From NCBI GenBank assembly GCA_045613725.1, contig JAZLBN010000024.1, positions 1-54,376 on the forward strand: a stretch of 54,376 nt of DNA, read 5' to 3'. The notes under the pieces are model-generated. The model searched no databases. It worked only from the letters and a program-made list of their open reading frames with translations, and was not told where the DNA came from. The DNA is from Candidatus Gastranaerophilaceae bacterium (GTDB lineage: Bacteria; Cyanobacteriota; Vampirovibrionia; Gastranaerophilales; Gastranaerophilaceae). A program made the position numbers and the translations under genes. Shown in pieces: positions 16,908 to 24,790 of this stretch (its first letter is position 1; the number at the start of each line of letters is the position of its first letter).

Positions 16908-18098
16908 TTAAATATTTTCATCTTCTAGTTCAAAGTCGCTGTAATCAAATTCTTCATCTTCACTTTCAGGATATGATTCTTCATATTGTTGTTGAGGAGC
17001 TTCATCTTGATACTCTCCTTCTTCTTCGTACGAACCTTCTTCGTATTCTGAATTGTTTTGAATTTGAGAACGTTCAGCGGTGCCTTCTGCAATTATGTTG
17101 TTAATTTTTACACCGTATCTATCATTTACTATTACTAGTGATCCGCTTGCAATAGGTTTACCTTCAACTTTTAGTGTTACATTGTTATCGTATAAAGATG
17201 TTAAGTCTACAACTAAACCATCTTCAATGTTTTTAAGTTCTCCGAGGGATATTTTTACAGAATCAAACTCTGCATACATTTCAACTTCTATACTATCCCA
17301 TATGTTTTGCTGAGTATCACTCATGTCATCTCCTCCGTCGTCGTTATCTTCTGGTATTAGTAAATCCATGTTTGGGTTTAATTTAACAGGTAGGTCACTA
17401 CCATTTATTGTTAATGTTAATTTCTCAATGTTGCTATTATCAAAGATTACAACATCATCTTCTTCAAGGTTTTTTACATCATAAAGTGGAACTCTTGTTT
17501 TCCCTACATAAACTTTTGCAAAAGTTTCAGTTCTTGGGAAGGATGTTTGTGAGAATTTTTCACTACTAGATGTTATTATTTCTGGTTCTAGTAAAGCTAA
17601 AGGTAATGTTACGATAACTTTGCCTGTTCTATGATTATATTCTTCAACCTCTTTGATTAAAAATGTTAGATGTATTAAATCAAAATTCACCCTTTTAAGT
17701 TCGTTAGCCGGTGGTGGATTTAGAACTTTTTTTAGGTTTTCAAACATAAAATCATTAAATGAAGTAATAACTTTTGCTTCTAGCTCTGAAATTTTATTGA
17801 TGTTGAATTTGTTTTTTGATTCACCAAGAGCTTTATTCAGAATTAATGCGATTGCTTTATCAGTTAATCTGAAAAACATATCGTATTCTTGGTTTATTCT
17901 AATTTTGGTTACAAAACAAGATTCATTATCGATAAGACAGTTTATGTTTTTACTTACTCCAATGAGTTCTAGTTTGAATTCAGGATTAAAAAATTCGTCA
18001 TAGGATTCCTGAATAATATTAGGGAACACATTTTGATACCAATGATACTGTTGGTATAATTGCTTTGTAGATATTGAATTTTGTAATTTGTCTTCCAT
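16908..18098 (-). CDS. flagellar C-ring/switch protein with two SpoA (FliM-C/FliN-type) domains and an acidic tail
   Basis: SpoA-like 1: FAKVYVGKTRVPLYDVKNLEEDDVVIFDNSNIEKLTLTINGSDLPVKLNP. SpoA-like 2 (FliN): VEMYAEFDSVKISLGELKNIEDGLVVDLTSLYDNNVTLKVEGKPIASGSLVIVNDRYGVKINNII. Roughly 50-aa Glu/Asp/Tyr tail. First gene of the fliOPQR operon. No LSQxEIDxLL CheY-P-binding peptide at the N-terminus. Confidence 0.75.
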   Translation of the reverse strand: MEDKLQNSISTKQLYQQYHWYQNVFPNIIQESYDEFFNPEFKLELIGVSKNINCLIDNESCFVTKIRINQEYDMFFRLTDKAIALILNKALGESKNKFNINKISELEAKVITSFNDFMFENLKKVLNPPPANELKRVNFDLIHLTFLIKEVEEYNHRTGKVIVTLPLALLEPEIITSSSEKFSQTSFPRTETFAKVYVGKTRVPLYDVKNLEEDDVVIFDNSNIEKLTLTINGSDLPVKLNPNMDLLIPEDNDDGGDDMSDTQQNIWDSIEVEMYAEFDSVKISLGELKNIEDGLVVDLTSLYDNNVTLKVEGKPIASGSLVIVNDRYGVKINNIIAEGTAERSQIQNNSEYEEGSYEEEGEYQDEAPQQQYEESYPESEDEEFDYSDFELEDENI

Positions 18099-18243
18099 AA
18101 CTACTATCCCTTATTTATCCCCGGAACATCTGGACAATATTCCCCATAACTACAATATTACATATTTGGATGGATTACATCAATCTTTTAATGGATTTTT
18201 TACTAAAGTCAAGGGGTAAATATATTTTAGGTCCTCACCCTAA

Positions 18244-18302
18244 CTCTCTCCCACTTGTGGGAGAGAGAACGAAGTAACGTAGGTCGGTATTGCTATGCCG
18301 AC
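18244..18302. repeat. pair of GC-rich perfect/near-perfect hairpins (REP-like) in a divergent promoter region
   Basis: Hairpin 1 (18244-18267): CTCTCTCCCA-cttg-TGGGAGAGAG, 10 bp perfect. Hairpin 2 (18283-18302): GTCGGTAT-tgct-ATGCCGAC, preceded by GTAG at 18279-18282. The local GC is far above the surrounding AT-rich spacer. Confidence 0.6.
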
Positions 18303-18333
18303 AAAATCAATCTGTCATTTGAGTAGAATAATC

Positions 18334-18362
18334 TTGCAAAGGAGGTAAATATTGTGTATATT
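18334..18362 (+). promoter_or_regulatory. sigma-70-type promoter candidate for the pilin-like gene at 18401
   Basis: TTGCAA-N17-TATATT, ~38 nt upstream of the ATG, with SD AGGGAG between. Confidence 0.45.
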
Positions 18363-18400
18363 AAAAAATAAGTAGTGTAATAAAAAAAGGGAGAAATAAG

Positions 18401-19171
18401 ATGAAAAAGAGTTCAGCATTCACTTTGGCAGAAGTGTTGATTACATTAGGTATTATTGGTGTGGTTGCAGCGATGACAATACCAAACTTAATAGCAAATA
18501 CTAATGGTGCAAAATACCGTTCAGGATTCAAAAAAGCTATCTCAACATTAAACCAAGCAGGTCTAATGGCACAAGCTCAATATGATTTTGATTTTGCAGG
18601 TGCTTCTGATTATTGCGATGTAAATAACGGAGGTTCAGAACATCCAGAATCAAAAATGTCTTTCTGTGCAATTTTTAATGGAACACTAACTGGTCAAACA
18701 TATCTAGGAAGAGTATCAAATATAAAAAGACAATCAAATACTTCAGCAGGTTCAAGTGGTGCTGCATATACAATTTCGAATGCATCAGATGGCGGTATAT
18801 GGAATGATTATACAAAATATATAGCATATTCTTTAGCGGATGGTTCTATTGTTGCATTTTATGAATATGCGTCTGGTTGTTCACAACCAATAGGACGTCC
18901 TATGGATATTACTTCTGCAGGTAGTTATCTTGCATATTGTTCAGGGTTTATTGATGTAAATGGTACAACATTGCCTAATAAAGCTGTTACTTGTACAAAA
19001 CCAGGTGATGGTAACACTGCTAAAAATAAAGCATCTCGTAATGTAGACAAACCTTGTATTGTAGAAAATAATGCAACTAATATGACAGATGTATTCCCTG
19101 TGATTTTCCACGATGCAACAGTTGAACCAGCAACAGATGCTGCTAAATATGTTTTAATGACTTCTAAATAG
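18401..19171 (+). CDS. prepilin-type N-terminal domain protein (type IV pilin/pseudopilin-like)
   Basis: MKKSSA|FTLAEVLITLGIIGVVAAMTIPNL has a short leader and Glu at +5. Family motif CSGFIDVNGTTLPNKAV. SD AGGGAGA. Confidence 0.85.
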   Translation: MKKSSAFTLAEVLITLGIIGVVAAMTIPNLIANTNGAKYRSGFKKAISTLNQAGLMAQAQYDFDFAGASDYCDVNNGGSEHPESKMSFCAIFNGTLTGQTYLGRVSNIKRQSNTSAGSSGAAYTISNASDGGIWNDYTKYIAYSLADGSIVAFYEYASGCSQPIGRPMDITSAGSYLAYCSGFIDVNGTTLPNKAVTCTKPGDGNTAKNKASRNVDKPCIVENNATNMTDVFPVIFHDATVEPATDAAKYVLMTSK

Positions 19172-19194
19172 TTAGTAAAATTCAATATTTAAAA

Positions 19195-19227
19195 ACAGAG
19201 AAGGATATTTTCTTTCTCTGTTTTTTA
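19195..19227. terminator. rho-independent (bidirectional) terminator
   Basis: AAAA-ACAGAGAA-ggatattttct-TTCTCTGT-TTTTT, between the convergent pilin-like gene and recG. Confidence 0.75.
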
Positions 19228-21624
19228 TTAGATATCCAATCCTGTGAATATTTCTAATGCTGTTACGTTTTGAAGATGAGGATAATTTTCAATATCATTA
19301 GTTTTTACAAAATCGAGAGCTTCGTTTCTTGCAAGTTCTAAAATCTTTGCATCACGAACAATATCAGAAATTATTAAATCTGGTAATCCGCTTTGTCGAG
19401 TTCCCAAAAATTCCCCAGGGCCTCGTAGTTGTAAATCCTTTTCTGCAATTACAAACCCATCATTAGTTTCTGTCATAATGCTAAGTCTTTCTCTTGTTTC
19501 TTGTGAACGAGAAGATGTAATTAAAACACAATATGATTGAAGAGAGTTTCTACCTACTCGCCCACGTAATTGGTGTAATTGAGAAAGCCCAAATCTTTCG
19601 GCGTTTTCAATTACCATAACTGTTGCATTTGGTACATCAACTCCGACTTCAACAACTGTTGTAGAAACTAAAATATCATATTTTCCATCTTTAAAATCTT
19701 TCATTACTGCATCTTTTTCATCGTTTTTGAGTTTGCCGTGTAGTAATCCAATTTTGTACTGAGGGAAAACTTCAGATTGAAGTTTTTCGGCTTCTTGAGT
19801 TGCAGCTTTAGCTGAAAGGGTTTCGCTTTCGTCAATTAATGGGTATACAATATAAGCTTGACGACCTTCTTCAATTTGTTCCTTAATAAGATTCCATACC
19901 GCTTTATGATATCCTGTCATTGTTGTTTTGATTGGTTTACGACCTTTTGGTAATTCATTGATTACTGTTAAATCTAAATCACCATGGACTGTTAGTGCTA
20001 AAGTTCGTGGAATAGGAGTTGCTGTCATTGTTAAAATTTGTGGGTTTTGAGATTTTTTCTTAAGTACGTTTCGTTGCTTTACACCAAATCTATGTTGTTC
20101 GTCAACAACAATAGCTCCTAAATTATTAAATTCTACATTTTCTTGTATTAATGCGTGAGTACCTACTGCTATGTGTGTTTGACCATTTTTTAAATCAGTT
20201 TCAAATTTTTGTCTGACTTTTTTCCCGTGGCTACCTAAAAATAGTCCAACACTTAATCCCATAGGAGTTAACCATTGGATTAAATTATTGTAGTGTTGTT
20301 GTGCTAAAATTTCTGTCGGAGCCATCAATGCACCTTGGTATCCGTTTTCTATTGCTGCAAGTAGCATTATTGTTGCAACAACAGTCTTTCCACTACCAAC
20401 GTCCCCTTGTAATAATCTTTGCATTGGTGTATCGGAATCCATATCATTAAGGATTTCATTTACGGCTTGTTTTTGTCCTGAGGTTAATTCAAATGGTAAA
20501 TTGTTTATAAATTGTTGAACGATACCGTCTTTATGTATTTTTAGTGCATATGATGAAATATTTTTTGCTGTGTTTTCTCTTAATCTTATTAATTTAAGTT
20601 GAACTAGGAATAATTCTTCAAATATTAGTGAAAATCTTGCGTGTTCTAAATTATTCATTGTTCTTGGAAAATGAATTTCTTCGACAGCTTGTTTTTTATC
20701 CATTATTCCTAAACGTGTTTTGATTTCATCTGGAATAATATTCACAATATCATTTTTGTATAGTTCTATTGCGTTAAAGATAGCTTTTCGTAATGTTTTT
20801 ATGCTTAAACCTTCGCAAACTGTGTATATAGGAACAATTCTTGCAATATTCAGATTATCAGAATCAGAATTCTCCATAAATTCACCACTCATAATAGAGT
20901 AGGTTGGTTTATCCATTGTTAATTGATTATTGTAAGAGTTTAATTTAACAACTCCTGAAATCATAATTCCTGCATTAATTGGGAACTGAGCTTTGGTACG
21001 TTCAAGTAGGTATTTATTCCCTTTAGCTTGGAAAAAACTAAGTTCAAATTTCCCGCTTTCGTCTGCGATTATAACTTTTATTACTGATAAATTATTTTTT
21101 GTATTAAAAGCAGAAACAGAACGAATGTATCCAAAAACTGTGGTAGTTTGTCCTTCTTCTAAATTACGGATAAGGGTTCGAGAAGAGTAGTCAATGTGTT
21201 TTTTAGGAAAATACATCATTAAGTCTTGAGCTGTAAAAATTCCTAATTTGTTAAGTTTGTATGCAACTTTTGGTCCAACACCTTTTATGTACATTACATC
21301 AACTTCTGATGGATGTTTTTGTCGTTGAAGTTGCATTGTTTCTTCTTCTTGTTTGATTTCTTTTTCCTGTTGGATTTCAGCTTTAATTGTTCGGATTAAT
21401 TGCTCTATTGATTTTCTTCTTTCAGGAACAGATGAATATGGATAGACATCAAATGCTTCAATTAAAACTGCCCATCTTGGATTTTTTTTAGATTTTTTAT
21501 AGTTTTTTTGAGCTTCTTGTTTTATGAAACTTGAAAACTTTTGAGTTTTGCCGTGAATATCAATATAGCGATATTTTGTTTCTATTTCTATCGCAGCTTT
21601 TATTTTATCCAAATTCTCGATCAT
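19228..21624 (-). CDS. recG: ATP-dependent DNA helicase RecG (with ~110-aa N-terminal extension including a helix-hairpin-helix)
   Basis: Wedge/OB region, helicase motif I GDVGSGKTVVA, motif II VVDEQHRFG, TATPIPRT, QLHQLRGRVGR, and the TRG-like motif GPGEFLGTRQSG. N-terminal IKGVGPKVAYKLNKLGIFTAQDL. Confidence 0.95.
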   Translation of the reverse strand: MIENLDKIKAAIEIETKYRYIDIHGKTQKFSSFIKQEAQKNYKKSKKNPRWAVLIEAFDVYPYSSVPERRKSIEQLIRTIKAEIQQEKEIKQEEETMQLQRQKHPSEVDVMYIKGVGPKVAYKLNKLGIFTAQDLMMYFPKKHIDYSSRTLIRNLEEGQTTTVFGYIRSVSAFNTKNNLSVIKVIIADESGKFELSFFQAKGNKYLLERTKAQFPINAGIMISGVVKLNSYNNQLTMDKPTYSIMSGEFMENSDSDNLNIARIVPIYTVCEGLSIKTLRKAIFNAIELYKNDIVNIIPDEIKTRLGIMDKKQAVEEIHFPRTMNNLEHARFSLIFEELFLVQLKLIRLRENTAKNISSYALKIHKDGIVQQFINNLPFELTSGQKQAVNEILNDMDSDTPMQRLLQGDVGSGKTVVATIMLLAAIENGYQGALMAPTEILAQQHYNNLIQWLTPMGLSVGLFLGSHGKKVRQKFETDLKNGQTHIAVGTHALIQENVEFNNLGAIVVDEQHRFGVKQRNVLKKKSQNPQILTMTATPIPRTLALTVHGDLDLTVINELPKGRKPIKTTMTGYHKAVWNLIKEQIEEGRQAYIVYPLIDESETLSAKAATQEAEKLQSEVFPQYKIGLLHGKLKNDEKDAVMKDFKDGKYDILVSTTVVEVGVDVPNATVMVIENAERFGLSQLHQLRGRVGRNSLQSYCVLITSSRSQETRERLSIMTETNDGFVIAEKDLQLRGPGEFLGTRQSGLPDLIISDIVRDAKILELARNEALDFVKTNDIENYPHLQNVTALEIFTGLDI

Positions 21625-21706
21625 ATATGTAATATTACACTAATATTTTTGATAAAACAATTTCTTATAATTCTGGTATTATAATAGTAAAGAAAAGGAG
21701 AAAATT

Positions 21707-22708
21707 GTGGTTTCAAAAACTACCAGAGCTAAATGTATTTATATTTTTATTTTAGTAATATTAATCGTTGCAGGTATTAGTTTTTATATCTATTATGATT
21801 TGAAATTAGGACGTGGGCGTTATGAGATTTCTGCTCCTTTACTAGATTATGAATATAAGAAGAATATTATTGATTTATCGGGTAATAAGCGATATAAACT
21901 TGAAAGTCTTCGACCAATTGTTGGGCCTGAAGAATTAAAAGAATTTTTACAAGCTAATAATAACAATCCGCAAATTTATACTCCAAGTGAAAAAAATATT
22001 AAAAATGGGGTGTTTAGTGCTAATTTGCATATGCATACAGTTTCTTCTGATGGTGAGGCAACTGTTAAGCAATTATTGGATATGGCTCAGGATTATGCTG
22101 AAAATAATTTGAACGGTAAGCCTATGTATATTGCAATTACTGATCATAATACAATTTTGGGGACAAAGGAGTTAATAAAAGTTTTACAAAAATATCCTAA
22201 AAAGTATACAAAAGTTCGAGTAGTTGCAGGGATTGAGATTTTTGCATCGTATGGTAATAGTAAAGTTACTCCTCGGAATGTAGATATGCATATGTTAACT
22301 TTAGCTATAAATCCATATGAGGAATTTTTAAACAAAGAATTTTTTAAAAAGAATAAGAAAGACAAATGGAATAGACAATATCCAGATAGGGATTTTGAAT
22401 GGATAGTAAAAACAATGTCCGAATACGGTATTGTTGGAGTTGCGCATCCTGCTAGATACACAGTATTTTTAGGTGATAATAAATACAATTATGTAACGGA
22501 GATGATGTCTCGTTTTAGAAATTTAGCTGGTGATAAGCCAATTTTTGTAGAAGGATATTACCAAGTTTATCCACTTTTGCCTGAAAAACAACAATTAGGT
22601 GATGAATACGATAAGTATTTGAATTACATAAATCAAGAAGCGAAAAATAATAATATACTTCTAGATGGCAGTACTGATGTTCATAGTGTAACTATTTTTA
22701 CGAAGTAA
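21707..22708 (+). CDS. membrane-anchored PHP-domain (polymerase/histidinol-phosphatase fold) metallophosphoesterase
   Basis: N-terminal TM segment. PHP motifs ANLHMHTVSSDGEAT, IAITDHNT, GIEIF, GVAHPARY, DGSTDVH. GTG start with SD AAGGAG. Confidence 0.75.
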   Translation: MVSKTTRAKCIYIFILVILIVAGISFYIYYDLKLGRGRYEISAPLLDYEYKKNIIDLSGNKRYKLESLRPIVGPEELKEFLQANNNNPQIYTPSEKNIKNGVFSANLHMHTVSSDGEATVKQLLDMAQDYAENNLNGKPMYIAITDHNTILGTKELIKVLQKYPKKYTKVRVVAGIEIFASYGNSKVTPRNVDMHMLTLAINPYEEFLNKEFFKKNKKDKWNRQYPDRDFEWIVKTMSEYGIVGVAHPARYTVFLGDNKYNYVTEMMSRFRNLAGDKPIFVEGYYQVYPLLPEKQQLGDEYDKYLNYINQEAKNNNILLDGSTDVHSVTIFTK

Positions 22709-22718
22709 GAATAATTTG

Positions 22719-22979
22719 TTAATTTTCAAGAAAGTAATCATTACCTAAATCTTTTTCAAGTTCGAGAATAATTTGAGATAGCGGTATATTGAGCGCTTCT
22801 GCAATTCTCCAAATCGTGGATAATTGTGGGTCTCTATTCCCAGCTTCAATGTTTGACCAAATTGATTTTGTGAGTCCAATTTCATCGGAACATTTTGTCA
22901 TAGAGAGGTTCAGATTTGTTCTATGATTTTTTATAACTTTTGCGAGTGACTTTTGAAATTTAAATTTTTTGTCTTGCAT
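22719..22979 (-). CDS. XRE-family helix-turn-helix transcriptional regulator
   Basis: HTH_3 pattern LAKVIKNHRTNLNLSMTKCSDEIGLTKSIWSNIEAGNRDPQLSTIWRIAEALNIP. The start was moved to ATG 22979 (MQDKKFKF...) because the track's TTG start lies inside the operator array. Confidence 0.8.
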   Translation of the reverse strand: MQDKKFKFQKSLAKVIKNHRTNLNLSMTKCSDEIGLTKSIWSNIEAGNRDPQLSTIWRIAEALNIPLSQIILELEKDLGNDYFLEN

Positions 22980-22992
22980 ATTATTTATTATT

Positions 22993-23029
22993 GTTCTAAT
23001 ATGAGAACTATATGTTCTCAATCGAGAAC
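22993..23029. promoter_or_regulatory. array of four alternating GTTCT(C/A)/GAGAAC half-sites (candidate operator of the XRE regulator)
   Basis: GTTCTA(22993)-N4-GAGAAC(23003)-N5-GTTCTC(23014)-N4-GAGAAC(23024). Half-site starts are spaced 10/11/10 bp. The array lies between the divergent XRE gene and the GT2 gene. Confidence 0.55.
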
Positions 23030-23129
23030 ATGTGCAACTGTAAGAGTTACCCTTGTGGTTAATAGATATAGAGGTGCTTTTTTATAAGTATAAAAATTGG
23101 TTTTGACGTTTGAGTTGTATGAGGTTTGT

Positions 23130-24029
23130 ATGGATAAGATTATTTTAATTGGGGTTGGTACATATAATAGGAATGAATTACTCGCGAATTGTTTAGAGCA
23201 TATTGCAAAGCAAAGTGTTCCTGAAAATTGTGAGATAAGGGTAATTGTTGCAGATAATAATCCAGATAAAAAAGCTTTTGAAGTTTATGAAAAATTTGTC
23301 GAGAGTTATCCTTTTAAGATTTATTATGAGCATGAATCAAAGAAAAGTATTGGTGCAGTTCGTAATGTGGTATTAAAAAAAAGTGTTGAAATATGTGCTG
23401 ATTATGTTGCATTTTTAGATGATGATGAATATCCAACTTCAGAGTGGATTATAGAACTGTATAAAACAATGATATCCATTGGAGCTGATGGCGCAACAAG
23501 TGCTCCAATTCCTATAGTTGGTGGCGAGAAAAGTGCAATTGCTAATCATTATAAAAAACGAAAACAAGGTTCAATAAGAAAAGTTTTTTGTACGAATAGT
23601 GTTATATTTTCAACTAAGTTAATGACTGAATCAGATATATGGTTTGATGAAAATTTTGGAATGATGACAGGTGAAGATATTGATTTTTCTTCACGAGCAA
23701 GTGTTAAGGGTTATAAGTTTGCTTGGTGTAATAAAGAGTTGTTGTATGATATTATTCCTGCAAATCGTGAAACTATTGAATGGAAAATGGATAGATCTGT
23801 TAATAACGGTTATTTGAAAATATTTTTAGCCAAGAAGAATGGTAAAAGAGATTTTAATAAAGTTTTGTTTAAAACTATTTTTGATTTGATGATTTTTTCA
23901 TTTGTGGCGTTGTTGATATTCTGGAATGAAAACTTAAGAAATAAGTGTTTGTATAAATTTATGGACTGTTTTGGAAAATTAAAGTCTATATATTCAAAAA
24001 AGACATATGAGCACTACAAACGACAGTAG
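23130..24029 (+). CDS. family-2 glycosyltransferase (GT-A fold) with C-terminal TM segment
   Basis: IGVGTYNRNELL, VIVADNN, AFLDDDEYP (DxD-type), GEDIDFS. Start trimmed to ATG 23130 with GAGG 6 nt upstream. Confidence 0.8.
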   Translation: MDKIILIGVGTYNRNELLANCLEHIAKQSVPENCEIRVIVADNNPDKKAFEVYEKFVESYPFKIYYEHESKKSIGAVRNVVLKKSVEICADYVAFLDDDEYPTSEWIIELYKTMISIGADGATSAPIPIVGGEKSAIANHYKKRKQGSIRKVFCTNSVIFSTKLMTESDIWFDENFGMMTGEDIDFSSRASVKGYKFAWCNKELLYDIIPANRETIEWKMDRSVNNGYLKIFLAKKNGKRDFNKVLFKTIFDLMIFSFVALLIFWNENLRNKCLYKFMDCFGKLKSIYSKKTYEHYKRQ

Positions 24030-24049
24030 CGATAGAGTAAAGATTTATA

Positions 24050-24790
24050 TTATTTACCCCTGCAAATTATAATTAGTGGTGAATAAGTTAATTTTGTTTG
24101 TGGGTATTTTTTTGAAAATTTGTCGCAAAAATCTTTTATCTTTTTTACTGACCAAGTTGAATCAGATAGGGAATTTACTCCGGTATTTTTCATATGCGCC
24201 AACAGTTCTAGTGGAGTATTGAATTTAACTTCTTCATAAAAGCTTTCACAGTATAAAATTTCAAAACCTTGTTGAGTTAAAATTTCTTTTATTTCGTCTT
24301 CGGTTTTGTATTTTAGTGTAAGTCCAGTTAGTTCAGTTAGTTCTTTGAAGTTGGCTGGTGTAAATGTTGAAAACGCTAAAATCCCGTTTTGGTTTAAAGT
24401 AAGTTTTAATGTGTTTATTGCTTTATCAAGGTTATCAAACCATTGAAACATTGCATTCGAAATTATTAAGTCTGCTTTCCTTGGTGGTTTTATTTTTAGC
24501 GCATTTCCACATAAAAAGTTTGCGTTTGGAATTATTTTTTGTACGTAAATTTTAGATTTTTCAATTAAATCATTTCCATAAAAATTTTTAAAAGAAATGT
24601 TTTTTGCAATTCTTTTTGTTGTTAGGCCTGTACCTGAACCAAGTTCTAGAATTGTTTCAAATTCGTTTGAAATTTTAGTTAGTTCAATTATCAATTTTGA
24701 TGCCATCAAGTCTTGAACAATTGCGTTTTTGTCGTAACTGTTCATACTTTTTTCGAATTGTCTTTTTATTTGTTTATAATTTGTTTGCAT
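24050..24790 (-). CDS. bioC: malonyl-[ACP] O-methyltransferase BioC
   Basis: SAM-methyltransferase motif I ILELGSGTGLTT, BioC-like FEKSMNSYDKNAIVQ and SNAMFQWF. In an operon with bioF/bioG, overlapping bioG by 25 nt. Confidence 0.85.
   Translation of the reverse strand: MQTNYKQIKRQFEKSMNSYDKNAIVQDLMASKLIIELTKISNEFETILELGSGTGLTTKRIAKNISFKNFYGNDLIEKSKIYVQKIIPNANFLCGNALKIKPPRKADLIISNAMFQWFDNLDKAINTLKLTLNQNGILAFSTFTPANFKELTELTGLTLKYKTEDEIKEILTQQGFEILYCESFYEEVKFNTPLELLAHMKNTGVNSLSDSTWSVKKIKDFCDKFSKKYPQTKLTYSPLIIICRGK

Noticed and set aside
14923-22488. Antisense ORFs within fliR, fliP, fliO, the fliM/N-like gene, the pilin-like gene, recG and the PHP gene (14923-15111, 15754-16023, 16601-17104, 17080-17313, 17653-18003, 18925-19185, 20720-20902, 20993-21190, 22144-22488).
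   Set aside because: The reasoning is the same. Each is shadowed by a motif-supported gene on the other strand, and none has start-site signals.
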